Below are positions 24,487 through 39,369 of a stretch of 64,000 bases of DNA, piece after piece. Position numbers and translations under genes: made by a program. The first letter of the stretch is position 1. Each line of letters starts with the position of its first letter. Source of the DNA: Heptranchias perlo (Eukaryota); the NCBI RefSeq assembly GCF_035084215.1, contig NC_090348.1, positions 41,106,001-41,170,000 of the forward strand, written 5' to 3'. Below the pieces are notes generated by a model. That model was given only the letters and a program-made list of their open reading frames with translations, was not told where the DNA came from and ran no database searches.

Positions 24487-26639
24487 AGTGAGGCTAATGG
24501 TATAATGTTGCCTCAATTGCCTTTGTGCCACTGGTGTGACCCAGCCACTATTGGGTGCACTAGTTTTCTCCGAATTGTACACCACTGTAACTGTGCAAGT
24601 TCCATACCGTCTTCATGTGTCGTGTATATATCTATACATCGTCCTGTGACCTCCAGAGAACCCACACAGACACACACCCCCACACCATCCCTAACCAATC
24701 CAAAGGGTCAGACGCACGTCAGTAAGTACAAGACAAGCCCAATGCAGCTCAAAACATTGTACTGGCCGCCAGCTATTTTTGATGGAGCTGCCCTGCTTTA
24801 TTTCACTAACTGACCCCCACCCTGGGCACATCTCAATATAGAGGAGTCAGACGGACTCTCGGCAATTCTACATTCAGATTTCTGGATCACTGCAACGCCA
24901 CTATAACCACAAACTTGAAATGAAAGCTCCAAGCGTAAACTGTGGCATCAGACTGTACATTGGCTGATGCAAACCCCACTCCCCCTACAGTTGGGCTCAG
25001 CAATTCCTTTAAGCCAAACTCCCGAGAGAGATCACTAGCACTCATCTTCTAAAGCAAATGAATTTTGAAATGTAACATAAGTACATGGGGCGGGGCCAGA
25101 AACAATGAGGACATTAATGTTCTTATACATCTTCAGATTGAGATTTGCAAAGGGTCTCAACAACGAGGCTACGTTTAAATTATAGCTCCTTACAGGAAAT
25201 GTTTGTATTTTAGAATTAGCTAAGCTCTTCGGGAAATTGCACTCCAATCAGTCCTTTAGGCATTAACCAGGCCCCACTGAGTAAGAGTAAGTGCACAAGT
25301 CAAAATCTGTTTGTTACATCGGATTCAGAGACTTCTTTTTTAAAAAAAAAACTGGACTTTGAATTCCACAATCGCATCCATATTCTGGGCCTTGATGATG
25401 ACTCCAGTGATCTGGTTTGTACTGCATATCTTTCCATTCTCCATCTCTACTGATTTTAAAAAAAAAGGGAGAAAGTTCCATAATGTTGCTATTTTGGGCT
25501 GCAGTGTTACTGGGCTATCTGTATAATTGATTTACTTCCACATTCACAGCCACGTCAAACCACTCAAAACTTCCTATTCTTCACATTATCAGTGCTTTTG
25601 TTTCTTGTTTTCGCTATGAAATTTTGGTTAAGACTGGTCAATTATGCACCATTTCCAACGGCAACTTGTGAGTACCAAAACATTTCAAAGTAATGAATCC
25701 GACAGGAGTAGCACATTAGGCTTCAACACCCCGGCTTGGGTGAGGGTAGAAGGATTGCACAGAATCCATTACCACAAGGCAGCGTCTGAAACATAGTCAA
25801 TCGTGGCATTTCGAGGCACTCGAGGGGAAAAATATTTACGATACAGGAAAAAGAGCAGGGAATTGGGATTGTTGACAATATCTCAGGAGGCGGAGCTAGC
25901 AACGGCATATGGGCACCACCAGCCAAATGGGCCTCCTTCCATGCTGAAATTTTTTGCAAAGAGACATCAGCAGAGGTTGGGATTGGGCTCGGACGCGATG
26001 CCTCTCACAAACAGCCCGTCATACAGGTGCACACACATTTAGGACTGCCACTTCAGGAACTAGACAGGCCGCTGGTACTTGTACAATATCACCAGTCCAA
26101 CCTGTCTGGAGAGAAGGGGAGAAATTTGGAACAGTGGAGGAAGCGGAGAGGGAAAAAAAAAAATCGAAGTTTGGAGGAGAGAAAAAAAAAGGACAAGAAG
26201 CTACAGGCAGTTGGTTCACCACATCAAACAAACAATCTCATTGAAACTTAACAACTCTGCATTTGAAGAAATATATAATAGAAGTGTTGAGAAAAAAAAG
26301 TCACCATGCTCATCACAAAAGACCAAATCCACAGTGTTGAGCTGTCTTTATTAACCTGTATAAATCGGTTACTATTTGCACAAACAACATTTTGCCATTA
26401 AGCAATCACTCTTTAAAAACAATCAGTACCAGCACAATTTTTAAATTCAGGGGACGCCCTGAAAATACTTTTCTTTATAAAACAACCTCAGTGATTTAAC
26501 AAAAAGTGCACCCAAGGTTGACAATTTTTAATATATGCAAATTAACAGCCACTGGGTAAAATCCAGAATCCAACAATGATGCTTCTCTCAGTAGTACCTA
26601 GAGTAAAAAAAAAACTCACACCTGGGGATTATTTTTTTT

Positions 26640-26945
26640 TTAAAATTCATTCTCGGGATTTGGGCGTCATTAGCAAGGCCAGCATTTATTGCCCATCCCT
26701 AGTTGGCCTTGAGAAGGTGACGAGCTGCCTTCTTGAACCGCTGCAGTCTGGGAGATGAAGGTTCTCCCACAGAAGTGCTCAGTCGGGGGTTCCAGGATTT
26801 TGACCCAGCAACCGATACGTGTCCGAGTCAGGATGATGTGTCACTTGGAGGGGAACTCGAAGGTGACGGTGTTCCCATGCTGCCCTTGTCCTTCTAGATA
26901 GTAGAGGTTGTGGGTTGGGAGATGCCGTCAAAGAAAGCACCTGGT
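26640..26945 (-). mobile_element. 3' end of a second CR1-clade LINE lineage
   Basis: The minus strand reads AAGAAGGCAGCTCGTCACCTTCTCAAGG...GGGCAATAAATGCTGGCC...CCCGAGAATGAA, a recalled ORF2 end and 3' UTR. Confidence 0.7.
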
Positions 26946-27229
26946 GAGATGTACTAATTTAATGTGCTCTGAAACTTTTGTTCAGATTTTCTCTCCCCTC
27001 CCCTCCAGCTGGAGTGTGGTTCCACAGCACCAGCAGTCCAATGGTACCTCAGCCAAGTGGCTATTGTTCCAATATGAGCCAAAACAATGAGTGTCAGAAG
27101 ACTACTGGTTCACCTGGGGACTTGGGGGGACAGGAGTTGAAGGAAGAAAGGAAACCCAATGATGTTCTCGCCCATTGTCCAAACATTCGCAGTTTGTATC
27201 AGGATACAGTGGAAAAAAATCTGAAGCAG

Positions 27230-27375
27230 AAACCTGGTTGATTTTTCTCCCTTTCCCCAAGGCCACCAAAGCCCACTGTAGTGCCCCTGGCTCACGGTGA
27301 CCTGGGACTTTTGTCCTTTAGGGCTCAGAACCACAACACACAGTGTGCTTATCCACCAAGCTGTCAGGGGAGCAC
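27230..27375 (-). mobile_element. 5' part of tRNA-type SINE
   Basis: CCTGGTTGATTTTTCTCCC...ACCTGGGAC...GGCTCAGAACCAC...CACCAAGCTG parallels 48920-49065. Confidence 0.5.
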
Positions 27376-30300
27376 TGGTCCAGGATCTCGAAGCCAGTCA
27401 TATATTTGGATCATTAACGGAAATTTAAGTCAACGCTGAAAAAAGTTACATCAGATAGGCGTTACTGAAACCAGCTGTGTGGGGAAGATTTCTAGTGATC
27501 TCACTGCAAAGATATGGGGTCAATATTTGGACTTTTCTAAGTCCTGCTGTCCCTTCAGCCACGGTCACATTTATCTTGGCTGCAGGGCAAATAAAACCAG
27601 GGAGTTCATTTAAATCGCAGAACAGCGACAACATGCAAGGGGGAGGAAAAGAACCCCAGCAAAACCAGAGGAAAACTAAAAATTAAAGAAAAGCAACATG
27701 ACAGAATAGCAACCTATGCAACAATGATACGTTTTTTTAAAACAGACACCTGAGACAACATCAAGCAAATCAACAGCAACATCAAAAGATCACATAAACC
27801 AGACAAGAGGTACGACGGCAAGAGTCCTGAAATGGACTACGCCACTGTTGTTAACTAGCCACGGGTGTGGTTGTGGCGATGCCATTTTAGCCACATGCAC
27901 TAATTTCAGTAGAAAATGCCTTGCACACAATAAGGTAAATGTACTTCAAGTATATATTTACTTAAAAAACATCTACCACCATTCAATGCAAAACTTTTCA
28001 CCTTTCTCTCTTCCAGCATGAAATTTATCAGACAAAGCACATCTCTTAAGTACAGCTTTTAGGTTTTTGTGCAACAGTTGCAAGTGGTACTCGAACTTCA
28101 CCAGAGTGATTGCCTCTGCTCTCCATCCAGAACGCAGTTGGATGCTGCTTGTCCTGTTGGAGTTGCTGATTATTGGCTGGGTTTGTTTTCTTCTGCTGGC
28201 CTGGAGCCATTATTCCGATTGATGACAGCTCCCCTCTCCATACAATGTTTCTGGTGATTCCATGGTGTGAAGTCCAGCATTTTCACTGCATATTGTGCAC
28301 AATTTTAAAAAGATAACCAATAAGCAGTAAGAAAGGAAGAAAAGCACACGCAATGATCAAAAAACACACACTCTGCTTCCGTTCTCCGGCTCGAAGAGGA
28401 CTGAGCTAACGTGATTAGAACTCTTACCTATCCAACTGTAGCCAGAGAATCTCCAGCAATGACTTCTCTTCCCACCCCTGCACTGTCACCATGAATTCTT
28501 CATTCAATTCTCCTAGCTCGAAGCTCAAATAAACCTCTCTTATACGGCATGGTGCTTTCTTCTAAGCTGCCCTAAAATAGATCTTAAACAGTGTTCCAAC
28601 AAACAAAGAGTGAATGTTTGCTCCACTCCACTGTTGATTGGCATCAGACGTACTCAGGCTGCGACCAAAATGGCATCAATTTAACAGGAACGGAATGTGC
28701 CCTAACAATAGTGACAACACCCTTTAAAAAAGGTAACAGTAAGTGCAGACAGGCAAAACTGTTGAACAAACATGCAAATCTTTTTTTAAAATGATTTGAT
28801 CAAAAATCCCAACATACAGCAAGTGTAAGGATCACAGGTTAAGTTTTCATGCCAGAATTCAATTTTTTTTTAAAAACCAACATTAGATGACTTAAAAAAA
28901 AGGAAAATTCTAAAGCTATGGTAAACTTGAAAAGAGTTTGTTTTTGTTTTTCCAAATTGTCTGGATGGGTGCACTATGCAACAACAAAAAATCGAAACTT
29001 TAATGATGGACCTGAGCAGAAACATTTCACCCCTTCCTCCAATGGCTCTGGAGGAGGGGGTGGAGTTCAGACTCTTGCTTTGCATTGTTCACAGAAGGAT
29101 ATTTTACAGCTTTTTAAGTTGAGTGAAAGAATGTGTTACAATCAGCTTCAGAAGGTGCATTGAATTTTTTTTTCTTATTGAAGGCAAAGCTTCATTTTGT
29201 ACATTTTCTGCCAATTCAGCATTCTTTTAGAATCTAAGAAAACTCACTTTTGCCTCCTCCAGGTATTTTCCAATCATTCCCTTTTCTTATTGGGCTTGCT
29301 TACGTCATTATAAGTCAAACAATGTCGCTGCACAAGATTTTCTGTTCAATTATTACACCCATGTTGCATTTACTAACTGAAAGCAGCTTTTTGGGGAATT
29401 TAAGTACTTTGGTTGAAATTCCCGTCTGGGACTAAACATAACTACTATACAGGTATAAGCGTCCCCTGCAATCATAACCAGTCTACTGGAGCCTCACTCT
29501 ATGCCACTAAGAAACCCTGAAGGACCAAGGCCCATTTTGCACAACGCAAGGTTGAAAAGAATCTAGAGATAAAATTTTAAAAATCAAGCAGCGGCAATCA
29601 GGCAACAGCAAGCTTGGTATTTAAAAGGCTGTCCATTATCAGAGGAAGGGAGACTGAAGGAGGTAAGTTCCAGCCTTGGGAAAGAACAAGTTGAGTAGGA
29701 GACTTGATTTCAACACAGCAAGAGGACAAGGAGAAGGAGAATGTGTAGGACGCTGTGTTTAGAAGCTGCAGTGCATACTAGACAAGTTTAATTGCTTCCT
29801 TCTACCTGCTGTGTTTACTAACCAAGTCCGCTGTATACACTGCAGGAAGAGGGAAGGGACCAAGAGTCTGTCCAGGTGCATGGCCACAAGCTGAATTTCT
29901 TCTGAAGACAAGGTTCAAACCACTAAAACCTATAGGTTTCCCCTTTTTAAATGTGCAGATATTGCATATTGATTTAAAAACTGAAACCAAAGCAAGTTTA
30001 AAAAAAGCCTGCAGATCTTCCTATTAAAGTCTTAAGTTCCCAAACACTCAGACTGCAAGTTACCAGTTTGTAGGTGGTGCCTTCAACAGTTGCACATCAG
30101 GCAACGGCAAACATGTGTGTGTATTGGTTTAACATGAAGGTCAAAAACAATAAGAAAAAACACAAGATGGCCCATTTACAAAAGGGATTTTTTGGAAAAC
30201 ATATAAATATTTTTTTTAAAAACTTCTGAACTCCTCACAGTATCACAGAAACAGGATCATGATGCCAACAGGTAGAGGTACACCTGTGATGTGGCTGCTG

Positions 30301-31539
30301 TACCAATCCAAAGTGTTCCTGCTGTAGTATGGATGCCGACCCAGACTAAGTTCCATATTTCAACAAAACTGCTTTGGTAAAGCATTCCATCACAGCACGT
30401 ATGCTTATTGGGGTGGGGGGGGGGGGGAAATAACTACTCCCTCACCTACACCTTTTAGCTGACATTTACAAAAACAACGTTCGAGGTTCGTACTAGGTCA
30501 CCATTTCATTTCCGCTACTGTCTCGGCAGGAGCATAACATAGATAAGCTTCATCCTATGGACAGAGATTCTGTGCCTCTGTCCAACAATTTTTTGAAGTC
30601 TTATCTTGATCCATGATTGTCATTTCTTTCCCAATGAAACTTGGCTCCACCAGGTTGGGAGAGAGGGAGGCCAAAAACTAGCTTACACCCATTCAACAGT
30701 GCCCATCATAAAGTTTACTAAATGGCTTTGCACCAAAACGGTCTCAGTCCCAGCAGAGTAAGAACAGAAGTTACTCTTTTTTTTCGAATGATAAAGCATG
30801 TCGCATCGCATCATATTGTGGGAGCAGAGAGACTCTCATAAGATTCCCTGCTCTATTGAGCTCCAAACCTCACCTATATCACTGTGGGCTAGGCATTTTT
30901 CTACAGGAGTGGGGGCGGTGAAATAGGGATTGAAGAAAACGGCAGGAGACACACAGCTCCTGGCCACTAGCAGGTCACAGCACGAGGTATCAAAGTACAG
31001 ATACCTGCCTATAGTCCTGAAGGAGATGAAAGTGAATTTTGTGGGACATCAGGTGACAAGAGTTTGAAAGTGTCATTATGGGGACTTGGCCAGATTGTAT
31101 GCTGAGGTTACTTTAAATCAGCATCATTGACTGGAGGATAGTTGATCTAAGGAAGAGCTAAGCAAGTTCCAAAATAAAAAAAAATGCAAATTTCATTCAA
31201 ATCAAAATAGAAATTCTATCACAGAAGGAGGCCATTCAACAATGGTTCAACGTAAGGTGTTACCTTAGTGATCATTATGTCAATCTATTATTCCACCCAA
31301 CATCAGAAAGAATTTGTAATCTTAAGGGCTAAACTTCCATAATAGAACAGGTTTGCAACCTGGGAACTCTAGGGATTCTACCATTCCCTTAGGTAATCAG
31401 ATTTCTGAATTTTTCTGTACTTGTTCGCCTTCCTGGTATGTTGTTTCCGTTACTATACAGCCATAGAAAACATTTCCATTGCATGAGGTATTACATTTTG
31501 GTCGTAAGAATAAGGGGGCCACATACTGCTTGGATAATA

Positions 31540-32266
31540 GGAGTCTAATGGGGTACAGGAGCAGAAGCATCTGGGGGCTACAGATACACAAATCACAAAG
31601 TAGCGATGCAGGTTAATAAGGCCATTAAAAAAAAGCAAACCAAGCACTGGGGTTCATTTCTGGAGGGATAGAATTGAAAAGCAGAGAAGTTCTGTTAAAC
31701 TTGTATAGAAACTTGGTTAGACCACACTTGGAGTACTGTGAACAGTTCTGGTATCCATAATATAGAAAGGATATAGATGCACTGGAGAAGGTGCAAAAAA
31801 GATTTACTAGGATGATACCAGAACTGAGAGGTTATACTCATCAAGAAAGATTGAATAGGCTGGGGCTCTTTTCTCTAGAAAAGAGAAGACTAAGGGGGTG
31901 ACCTGATAGAAGTCTTTAAGATTATGAAAGGATAGATGTAGAGAAGATGCTTCCACTTGCAGGGGAGGCCATAAATAGAAGATAGTCATTAATAAATCCA
32001 ATAGGGAATTCAGGAGAAACGTTTATACCCAGAGAGTGGTTAGAATGTGGAACTTGCTACCACATGGAGTAGTTGAGGCAAATAGCATAGATGCATTTAA
32101 GGGGAAACTAGATAAACACATGAGGGAGAAAGGAATAGAAGGACATGCTGATAGGGTGAGATGAAGGAGGGTGGGAGGAGGCTTGTGTGGAGCATAAACA
32201 CCAGCATGGACCTTTTGGGATGAATAGCCTGTTTCTGTGCTGCGCATTCTATATAATTCTATGTAA
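31540..32266 (+). mobile_element. CR1 3' fragment (ORF2 C-terminus plus UTR)
   Basis: Encodes LVRPHLEYCEQFWYP* and ALEKVQKRFTRMIP; tail TTCTATATAATTCTATGTAA. Confidence 0.9.
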
Positions 32267-33349
32267 TTTCCTGCCACGTGAGCATGGGTTTTTTTGGGGT
32301 AGCTGAAACCATCTTCTAGAAGTGGGGGCAGGGGGGTTTTGGAGACAGTCAGTTGTTTGCAGGGAGGGCCTCTGCACAGTCAAGTCTGAAAACACAAAAA
32401 AAAATACATGCAAGGTCCATTACTTCAGTAGCAAAATCCAAAAATGATAAGAATGCTTTAATGAATCTTGTAAAAAAAAAAGGGTTCAAAAATGTTAAAC
32501 AAAAAAAGTGGCCTGGTCCAAGACTTTTAACAGATCTCGGGATTTTGCAGGTTCTAAATCAATAAAGCACAAAAATCAAACTTACATATAAGCAGGTGGC
32601 CCTTCCAGTAAAGTAAATAATTCAACTGAATTATTAAAAAAGGAGTCTGTCACACCAGCGTGAGTAAAACTTCATGAACGCAACAGAACAAAATTCTTCA
32701 CAACTGGTTAAATTACACAGGGAAAAATGAGTAAAAACTGGGAGTTCACCAAAACCATAATACAAACTTCCAAGTGCAAAATGAGCAGTGAATAGCAACA
32801 TTTACTCAGTTACCATGACTAGACTATAAAGAGAGTTCATTTTGTCTAGGGATTTCTTTATATCTAACCTTTAAAGTTACTTCCTCTGGTTTACTTTTGA
32901 TGTTTTCAATGAAGAAACAAAACAATACAGTCGAGCGTCACGTGGTGGCTTTTCATGGGCACCAGTAAAATGTCATCTTCCGCACTTCTTAAAATGACAC
33001 CAGAAGAGGCAGTAGAAAAATCAAGCACAGCTGCAACAATCTGAATATTTCATAGTCATTGCGGAGGAAATCTGCAACGTTTGATCACTTAAATCTGGCT
33101 GCAAAGCGTCAAAGAAAAATGGTGCAAAGCAAGAGAAAGAAGAGAACTCTATCCTACACCACAGTTTATCTTTTAAACGCTCCGCTGAGAACTCTACTCC
33201 TCACCACACCTCAATACAGGTGTTTGACTTCAATGCACTTCATGCAGACAGTACACACTAAACATTAACATTCAATACGCGAGTCGAGAACAAAACAGAT
33301 AGCCAGATATCTAACTCTAGGATCCTGAACAATAAACTAACGCATGTTC

Positions 33350-33490
33350 AAACAGCAAGGCTTCCTGTTCATGATTTGAGAGGGTATTTTGCATACACAG
33401 CAGTCACTATACTTCATTGTAATTCAGCACATGTGAAGTCCTTCTCAGACATTTGAGAGGTAGGATATAGCTCCATATAAATGCAAATGT
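33350..33490 (+). mobile_element. SINE/L2-type 3' tail remnant
   Basis: CAGCAGTCACTATACTTCA...TGTGAAG...ATATAAATGCAA parallels 59055-59140. Confidence 0.4.
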
Positions 33491-34839
33491 TTATGTTTTA
33501 AGATGTACAATAAATATACCATGGCAGAAGCTCTTTAGTCCTTTGCAGATCTTATACAAAATATTTACATTTTCCAACTTTTTCCTCAAAATGGTTAAGT
33601 GATGTTGAGCCTATCAACTACTCAATACAACAGAACCTTCAGCATTAATAAATACAATATATCTGTGATGGAGAGCTATTAAACAAACATCTCTGCATCC
33701 GATTACAAGACCCACTTTGAAACTAAACTTGCCCAACATTAGAAATGTATACTTATTTCTAAATGATGTGCCTAGTATGGTTTTTTGGGTACAATGCCCA
33801 AAGTTTCTTCCCTCTATGAGAAAGTGCCATCATTGGGGATTTAACAATCAGCCAGACAAGCACCAAAGTCTGGACAGTGTATTCCTACCCAGATGCATTC
33901 AAGGTTGTTCGGCGGTTGGCCAAGAGACATATTTCTCTACAGGATGGCCCCCACAAGCAATTTATCTTTATCCAAATGCTCAATCTAACTTCTCTGGCAA
34001 TATGACCAAAGTTGCAAATTGAAGACTAGGAGGGGGAAAAAAAGGCACAAACCCACATCTTATCACTGTGACCCAAAGCACCATCTACTGTATAATTTCT
34101 CGAATCCCTTTTGAGAGAATCTACGCACATGCGGAAAACCACCATCAAAAGAGTTTAGTCTCTTCCTCATTTTTATTTTTCCTCCAGGTTCCCTCCCAAA
34201 GGATACAGCATTCTTCAAATGAAAGGGTGGGCAACCGAGCTGCTCCAACGTCAGCCTGTAGTTGCCACCAGGACACAGATGAACATGCACACCATTAGAC
34301 TCATCCTTCAACCTCCTGCTCATACACGGACATTCCACACAAGGTTGTGAACTCTAGTGGGGAAAATCAGGGGCCCAAATTTGTATCATGACCTTCAAAT
34401 GCATTAAGGACTAGAACATTAGTTCATTGTGTTCAACAATAAGGCTTTGATTTTTTTAAAATAGTATTCAACTCATGTGATATTAAAAAAAATGTTCGAA
34501 CTGTTGGAAATTAGTGAGAACAATTGCAATTAAGAATTTTAAGTGGACTTGACCACAAAGATTGAAAACAACCATCCATGGGTCGGGGAGAAAAATGGAA
34601 ACAAAATCAATCATGAAAATCGGTCTTTAAAATATCTCATCTATAAGAATTCTCTCAAAATTTGCCTAAAATTAAAATGGGTAGCAACAAAAGCCAATTG
34701 TAATCAACAAAGAAATGGAGAAAAGAAAAAGGGGAGTATGTTTAACTTGTTGCTGTCCTTCACTAAAACAGGTACATGTTCTGATCTGTTTGTTTGTTTA
34801 GCAAGATTCAGTTATATGGGGTACAAAACAAATCAGAAG

Positions 34840-35155
34840 AATCTAAGTGATCATCAGAGAGAACCCAGATTTCATCCCTGGTCCATGCTGAATTAGCAGA
34901 TCTCAGCTAGGGTAACAACTAGGCAGGGGGGGTGGAAAGAAGACAAGTGGCATTCTCACTCTGGCTTGCTTTCTAATGCAGACCAAGTAAGTTCAGGATT
35001 GGACTCATATTTGTCATTCCCTCCCTCCTAGTTGAATAACCCGCCACATTTACTGCGAAGGCTTATATGTGAAGAATGGCGACCTGGTTAAGTAATGGAA
35101 GTCTGCTAGTACCTGGTTAATCACATCACAGCAAATCAAACTAAAAAGGGAGGAG
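34840..35155 (+). mobile_element. Degraded tRNA-type SINE
   Basis: CCCAGATTTCATCCCTGGTCCATGCTGAATTAGCAGATCTCAGC (B-box-like head) and GTGAAGAATGGCGAC; resembles the reverse complement of 48960-49010. Confidence 0.55.
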
Positions 35156-38100
35156 GATCAGTTGTGTGTACCTGAACACTGATTTATCATAGATCAAAGG
35201 TGCCAGTATTTCCATTCCCACTATATGGCGTCAACTACCATTATCCTAAGGGATACAAGTTAACTCTCATGACTCCTCTTAAGTCTCATGCATTGCAGTT
35301 GCTAGTTCAGATTCATGACCACTTCAACATTCAAGGTTTATACAAGGTTAGTTGATGTCCCCGCACTGGTAATAGCCTTCCCATCTCTTCATACCATGGC
35401 TTGTCCTTATGGTTTTGACCAGTAACCTATAGCAAACTCCTACATTTTATCCTTGTTCCCTTTTCCTTGCGTACTTCCAAGTCGACTAGCTCATTTGGGA
35501 ACCTTATCCTGCTCCAAAAGGCCTATTTCTTTTACTTTCCAAGTGTCCATGGCATATGGAGATTCAACATCAGTTCTGTCCTCCACGAACAGTAAATCAG
35601 TGTACAGTGTATTTCTCTCCAACGTTGAGGGTTAATCATGTTTAAAGGATGGGGTTAAAAAATACAATAGCCAATGTCGAAAGCATCCGACCAACCTCAG
35701 ATTGCAGCCAATGCCCATGTACTGTATGATGTCTACTGCTAAGTCATGTGAAAAACATATTGCCCAAAATCTCAAATTTCTTATAAGCACACACCCAGCT
35801 ACCCACACTCTTGTATGCCCACACAACAGTTCTTATACTCAAGTTAAATATAAAATTTTACATTAAAATTCTTGAAATCAGCAAGCTTCTTCATTTATGA
35901 TTTTTTTAAATGATGCTAAGAACCTCCAAAAAGACCATAGTGCATATTAACATTTATAAGAGTTCACCTATTTTTGAATCTGTGGATGACTGCACGTTAA
36001 GTATTGAAAACTAACTTCCTTCCCTACCCAGCCCCCATTCAAAGAGCTGATAAGGAGCCCAGAAGCTCAGTGCATGTGAAAAGAGCATAGAGAGAGAACC
36101 ATAATTAAAGTATAATGATGTCTCTTGTTCACAATATACTCAAGGGGTTCTTTGTTTCTGCTTCACAAAAAATCTCAACCTCAACACATCTTGACAACTG
36201 GCTCAATCTAGTTATGCACAGGATACAATAGTTACCTCAATCTCCAACACAAACAGTATAGTGAGGCCAGGTGCTTTACCACTTGAATCTGGTATTACAC
36301 ATATATTTTTACCAGGAGAAGTGGCTCTTGGAGTCTTCACCACTCATGGACCCAGTTACTAACTTATCTACAAATTGGGACAGGTCCACCTTAACCAAAA
36401 AGGAAAATAGTCTAAGTACAGAGAACTTAATTTATCTCTGGCAGAAAATAGTAGTAATAGAGGAACTTGATAACCAAAAGGAAGCACATATATATAATTA
36501 TTCACGGTTACAATGTGTTTTGCCTTTTATAGCTTTGCCAAGGCCAATTCTTGGTCATTCACACACTGAATTATTGAGCTCGGCAGGACTTCGAAAAACA
36601 TTTCTTCCAGGAACTGATCAATTTTTAAGTAACCTTGTTGAGATACTATGCTCATGGAGGTACCATTTTATTCAGCAGGGTAAGCTACGTTTCTTCTTCT
36701 CCTCCTCCTCCTCCACCCCGTTTTCAGACAGATTTTTTGCTCTTCCCCTTTTGTATGCAAGTGTTGATAAGTCATGTTACTGTGTTGATAGGCCATGTGA
36801 TCTACAGGAATTGGTTGCAGGTGGAAAGATATCTGAAGTTTACTGTTCGAGGTTTTCAAGTACCACAACAAATATTTAGTGACATCAATACTAACTGATA
36901 AGGATGACGCACAAGTCACAATTTCTCTGGTCATCATCTTCACGTGACAACTTGCTTTTGGTTATAATGTTCTCCTGGGGTTTATACAAACTGCCTCAGT
37001 ACTTAAGTTCAGTACCAATGAAAGCTTTTCATTTTTGGGTATAGCACATCAGGCACATATGTCCACACACAACATATCTATTATATACATACACTTATGT
37101 GGAATCTAATGTGTGGCTATATAATTGAAATAAGGAACTAGTATTTGTGCATTAACTTCAACTTAATCTCAGATTTGCAATTGAACAAAAAACATTTAAC
37201 AAATGTTTCAACCTCTGTATACAACAAGATGAGAGATGCTGGCACTGGGTAATGAAACATCTGCCAGTATCAGTATTGGGCATCCTTATGCAAATTATAG
37301 CATGGATCAAATATACTCCATCTATGCCTCCAAATGTGCTTCAATCCCATACTCAGAAAAATCATCTCATTCCCATACCCATCATAGTTACTTCCAAGAG
37401 ATGGCCAATTTCGTGCTGAAATGGGGCAGTTGCACACTTTGGGGTGACTTGCCCACAGCAACAGGGTGCAGAGTACTCAAAATCACTTCACCATCACAGC
37501 TGGAACAAGGAAGCTTTCATCTCAACTTGAATAGATTCAAACTGAAGTTAGATCTCAGGGGCAAGAACAATGTTGTGCACCCACTGCATCACCAAATGCC
37601 TCTTGCAGAAAGAAAGCTTGGAGGTCACTTTCTGCATCAACAGTCTACACCGCAGACTTTGACTCGATAGCCAGGATGCAGTACATTGAAAAATCTGATT
37701 TCTTCATATATAAAGATTTATCCCACTGAGACATCTATGAAAGTATCATTTATAAGTCTTTTTGTCTTCCGTACTGGAGTAATGGGTCCGTAATCCTGTA
37801 CTAGGGTTCTTGTGTGTTTGGTTTGCCAATGCCCACGCAAACCATGGCTATCGGAAATCAGGAGTCTGTCGAGTTTAAAATGACATTGGCAAATGGCCTC
37901 TAGTTCTTGATTTAATTCTAGGCTGCAGAGAAGGGAGCTGGAATTCTGGGACGCCTCTGCTGAGGATACCTCCTCCACGTCTAAAAATGGAGTCTTTACT
38001 GGTTTCCAGGTATTCCTAGAGATAGGGTCTAATTTAAGTTGCCATGCTGGTATTTTAATTACCAAGAAGAAAAAATAATAATTTTTCCCAGAAATTGCAA

Positions 38101-39369
38101 CAAATAGTAGGAAATTGATTCTGAAAAACAGATCATGTGAAGAAAGCTTATTTGCATTTCTGGTAAATAATGCAAAGGGTTAACTGGACTGCGACAGAGC
38201 CTCGAACAGAAGAGTAAATCCTGTGACAATCAATCATCACACGTTAAAAAAAAACCACAAAAAAAAAGCCCATTTTCAAGAGATAATTTTTTAATCAAAA
38301 CCAAATGGGAGCAAGGTTAAATAGATCCATGTATTCAGGTCCTTTTACAATGAATTGTTCATCATTTGAAAATAAGAACCATCCAAAGTCAAAAATCTCA
38401 GGGTTGTTTACATTAAACAAAGACCAAAGAACAGAGTCAAACTGCAATTGGCTCCCTTTGGTTTGACCACAGTGCACTGCGTCGACCAACAACCCAAGAC
38501 GACTTGAGGTGCCACCTCCTCTTATTCCATCGGCATCTAACCAATCATGAAAATACCACCACCAATTGAAGAGTGGAAGAGCTGGGCTGGTTAGTACCAC
38601 AGATAAGCACTGAAGCACACTTGGACCATCTCAGTTGGGCATCACATCCTTCATTCCTTTTGACTATAAAATTGGAGATTCACAACAAAGGATTTTTTTT
38701 CTAAATAAAATGAACACATACTAAGTTAGCAGAACAACAATGCCAATAGATCATGCGGAATTCCCAATTATACATGATCCAGGTGTCTTCACATCGCTTA
38801 GAGTGGATAATGTAGACATGCACAGATCATTTAATTTGGACTATGATGGAACTCCAAGACGAGATTAGGAAGAACAAGCACAAACAATGGCTCTCTCTCA
38901 AGTGTGCTTGCGTGCCACCATGTCACAGTGAGTTCTTCTGAACAATGGGAGCGGAGACTTTTTTTAAAAAATAAATGAAGAGGACAAGAATGTCATTACC
39001 CTTGCATTTCTGCACTGAGTCTTCAGAAACCACTAAGTATCAAAACAATACAGCTCAGTTAAACCTTTGAAAATTGATCACTTGCTGTCTGGTCAGTGGG
39101 CTTCAATCAATGCTGGTTGATGAACATGGAAATGACTACGCAGGAATCAACCTGAAATCTAATTGTTTCTGCACATAAATATACTGAGTAATAGCCGCGG
39201 CCCATAAAATACAGAAGGGGAAAAACAAAGGGAGATTAGACTCTTGGATAATTGCATTTTTGTAGTTAAGTGGAAAGTAATATTTAATATATTAACTTGA
39301 ACAAAATGGCTGGTGCACAGGTAGAACATACTAACCATGCAAAGAAAGCAAAGCCTTACCTCCCTTTAC

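Noticed and set aside
25393-25453. ATGATGA...CTGA spaced like a C/D box snoRNA
   Set aside because: No terminal stem, no guide recognised, and it is antisense to the putative host gene.
36271-36879. 202-aa ORF, the longest non-transposon ORF
   Set aside because: Non-ATG start, no recognisable domain, low-complexity content; consistent with a chance ORF.
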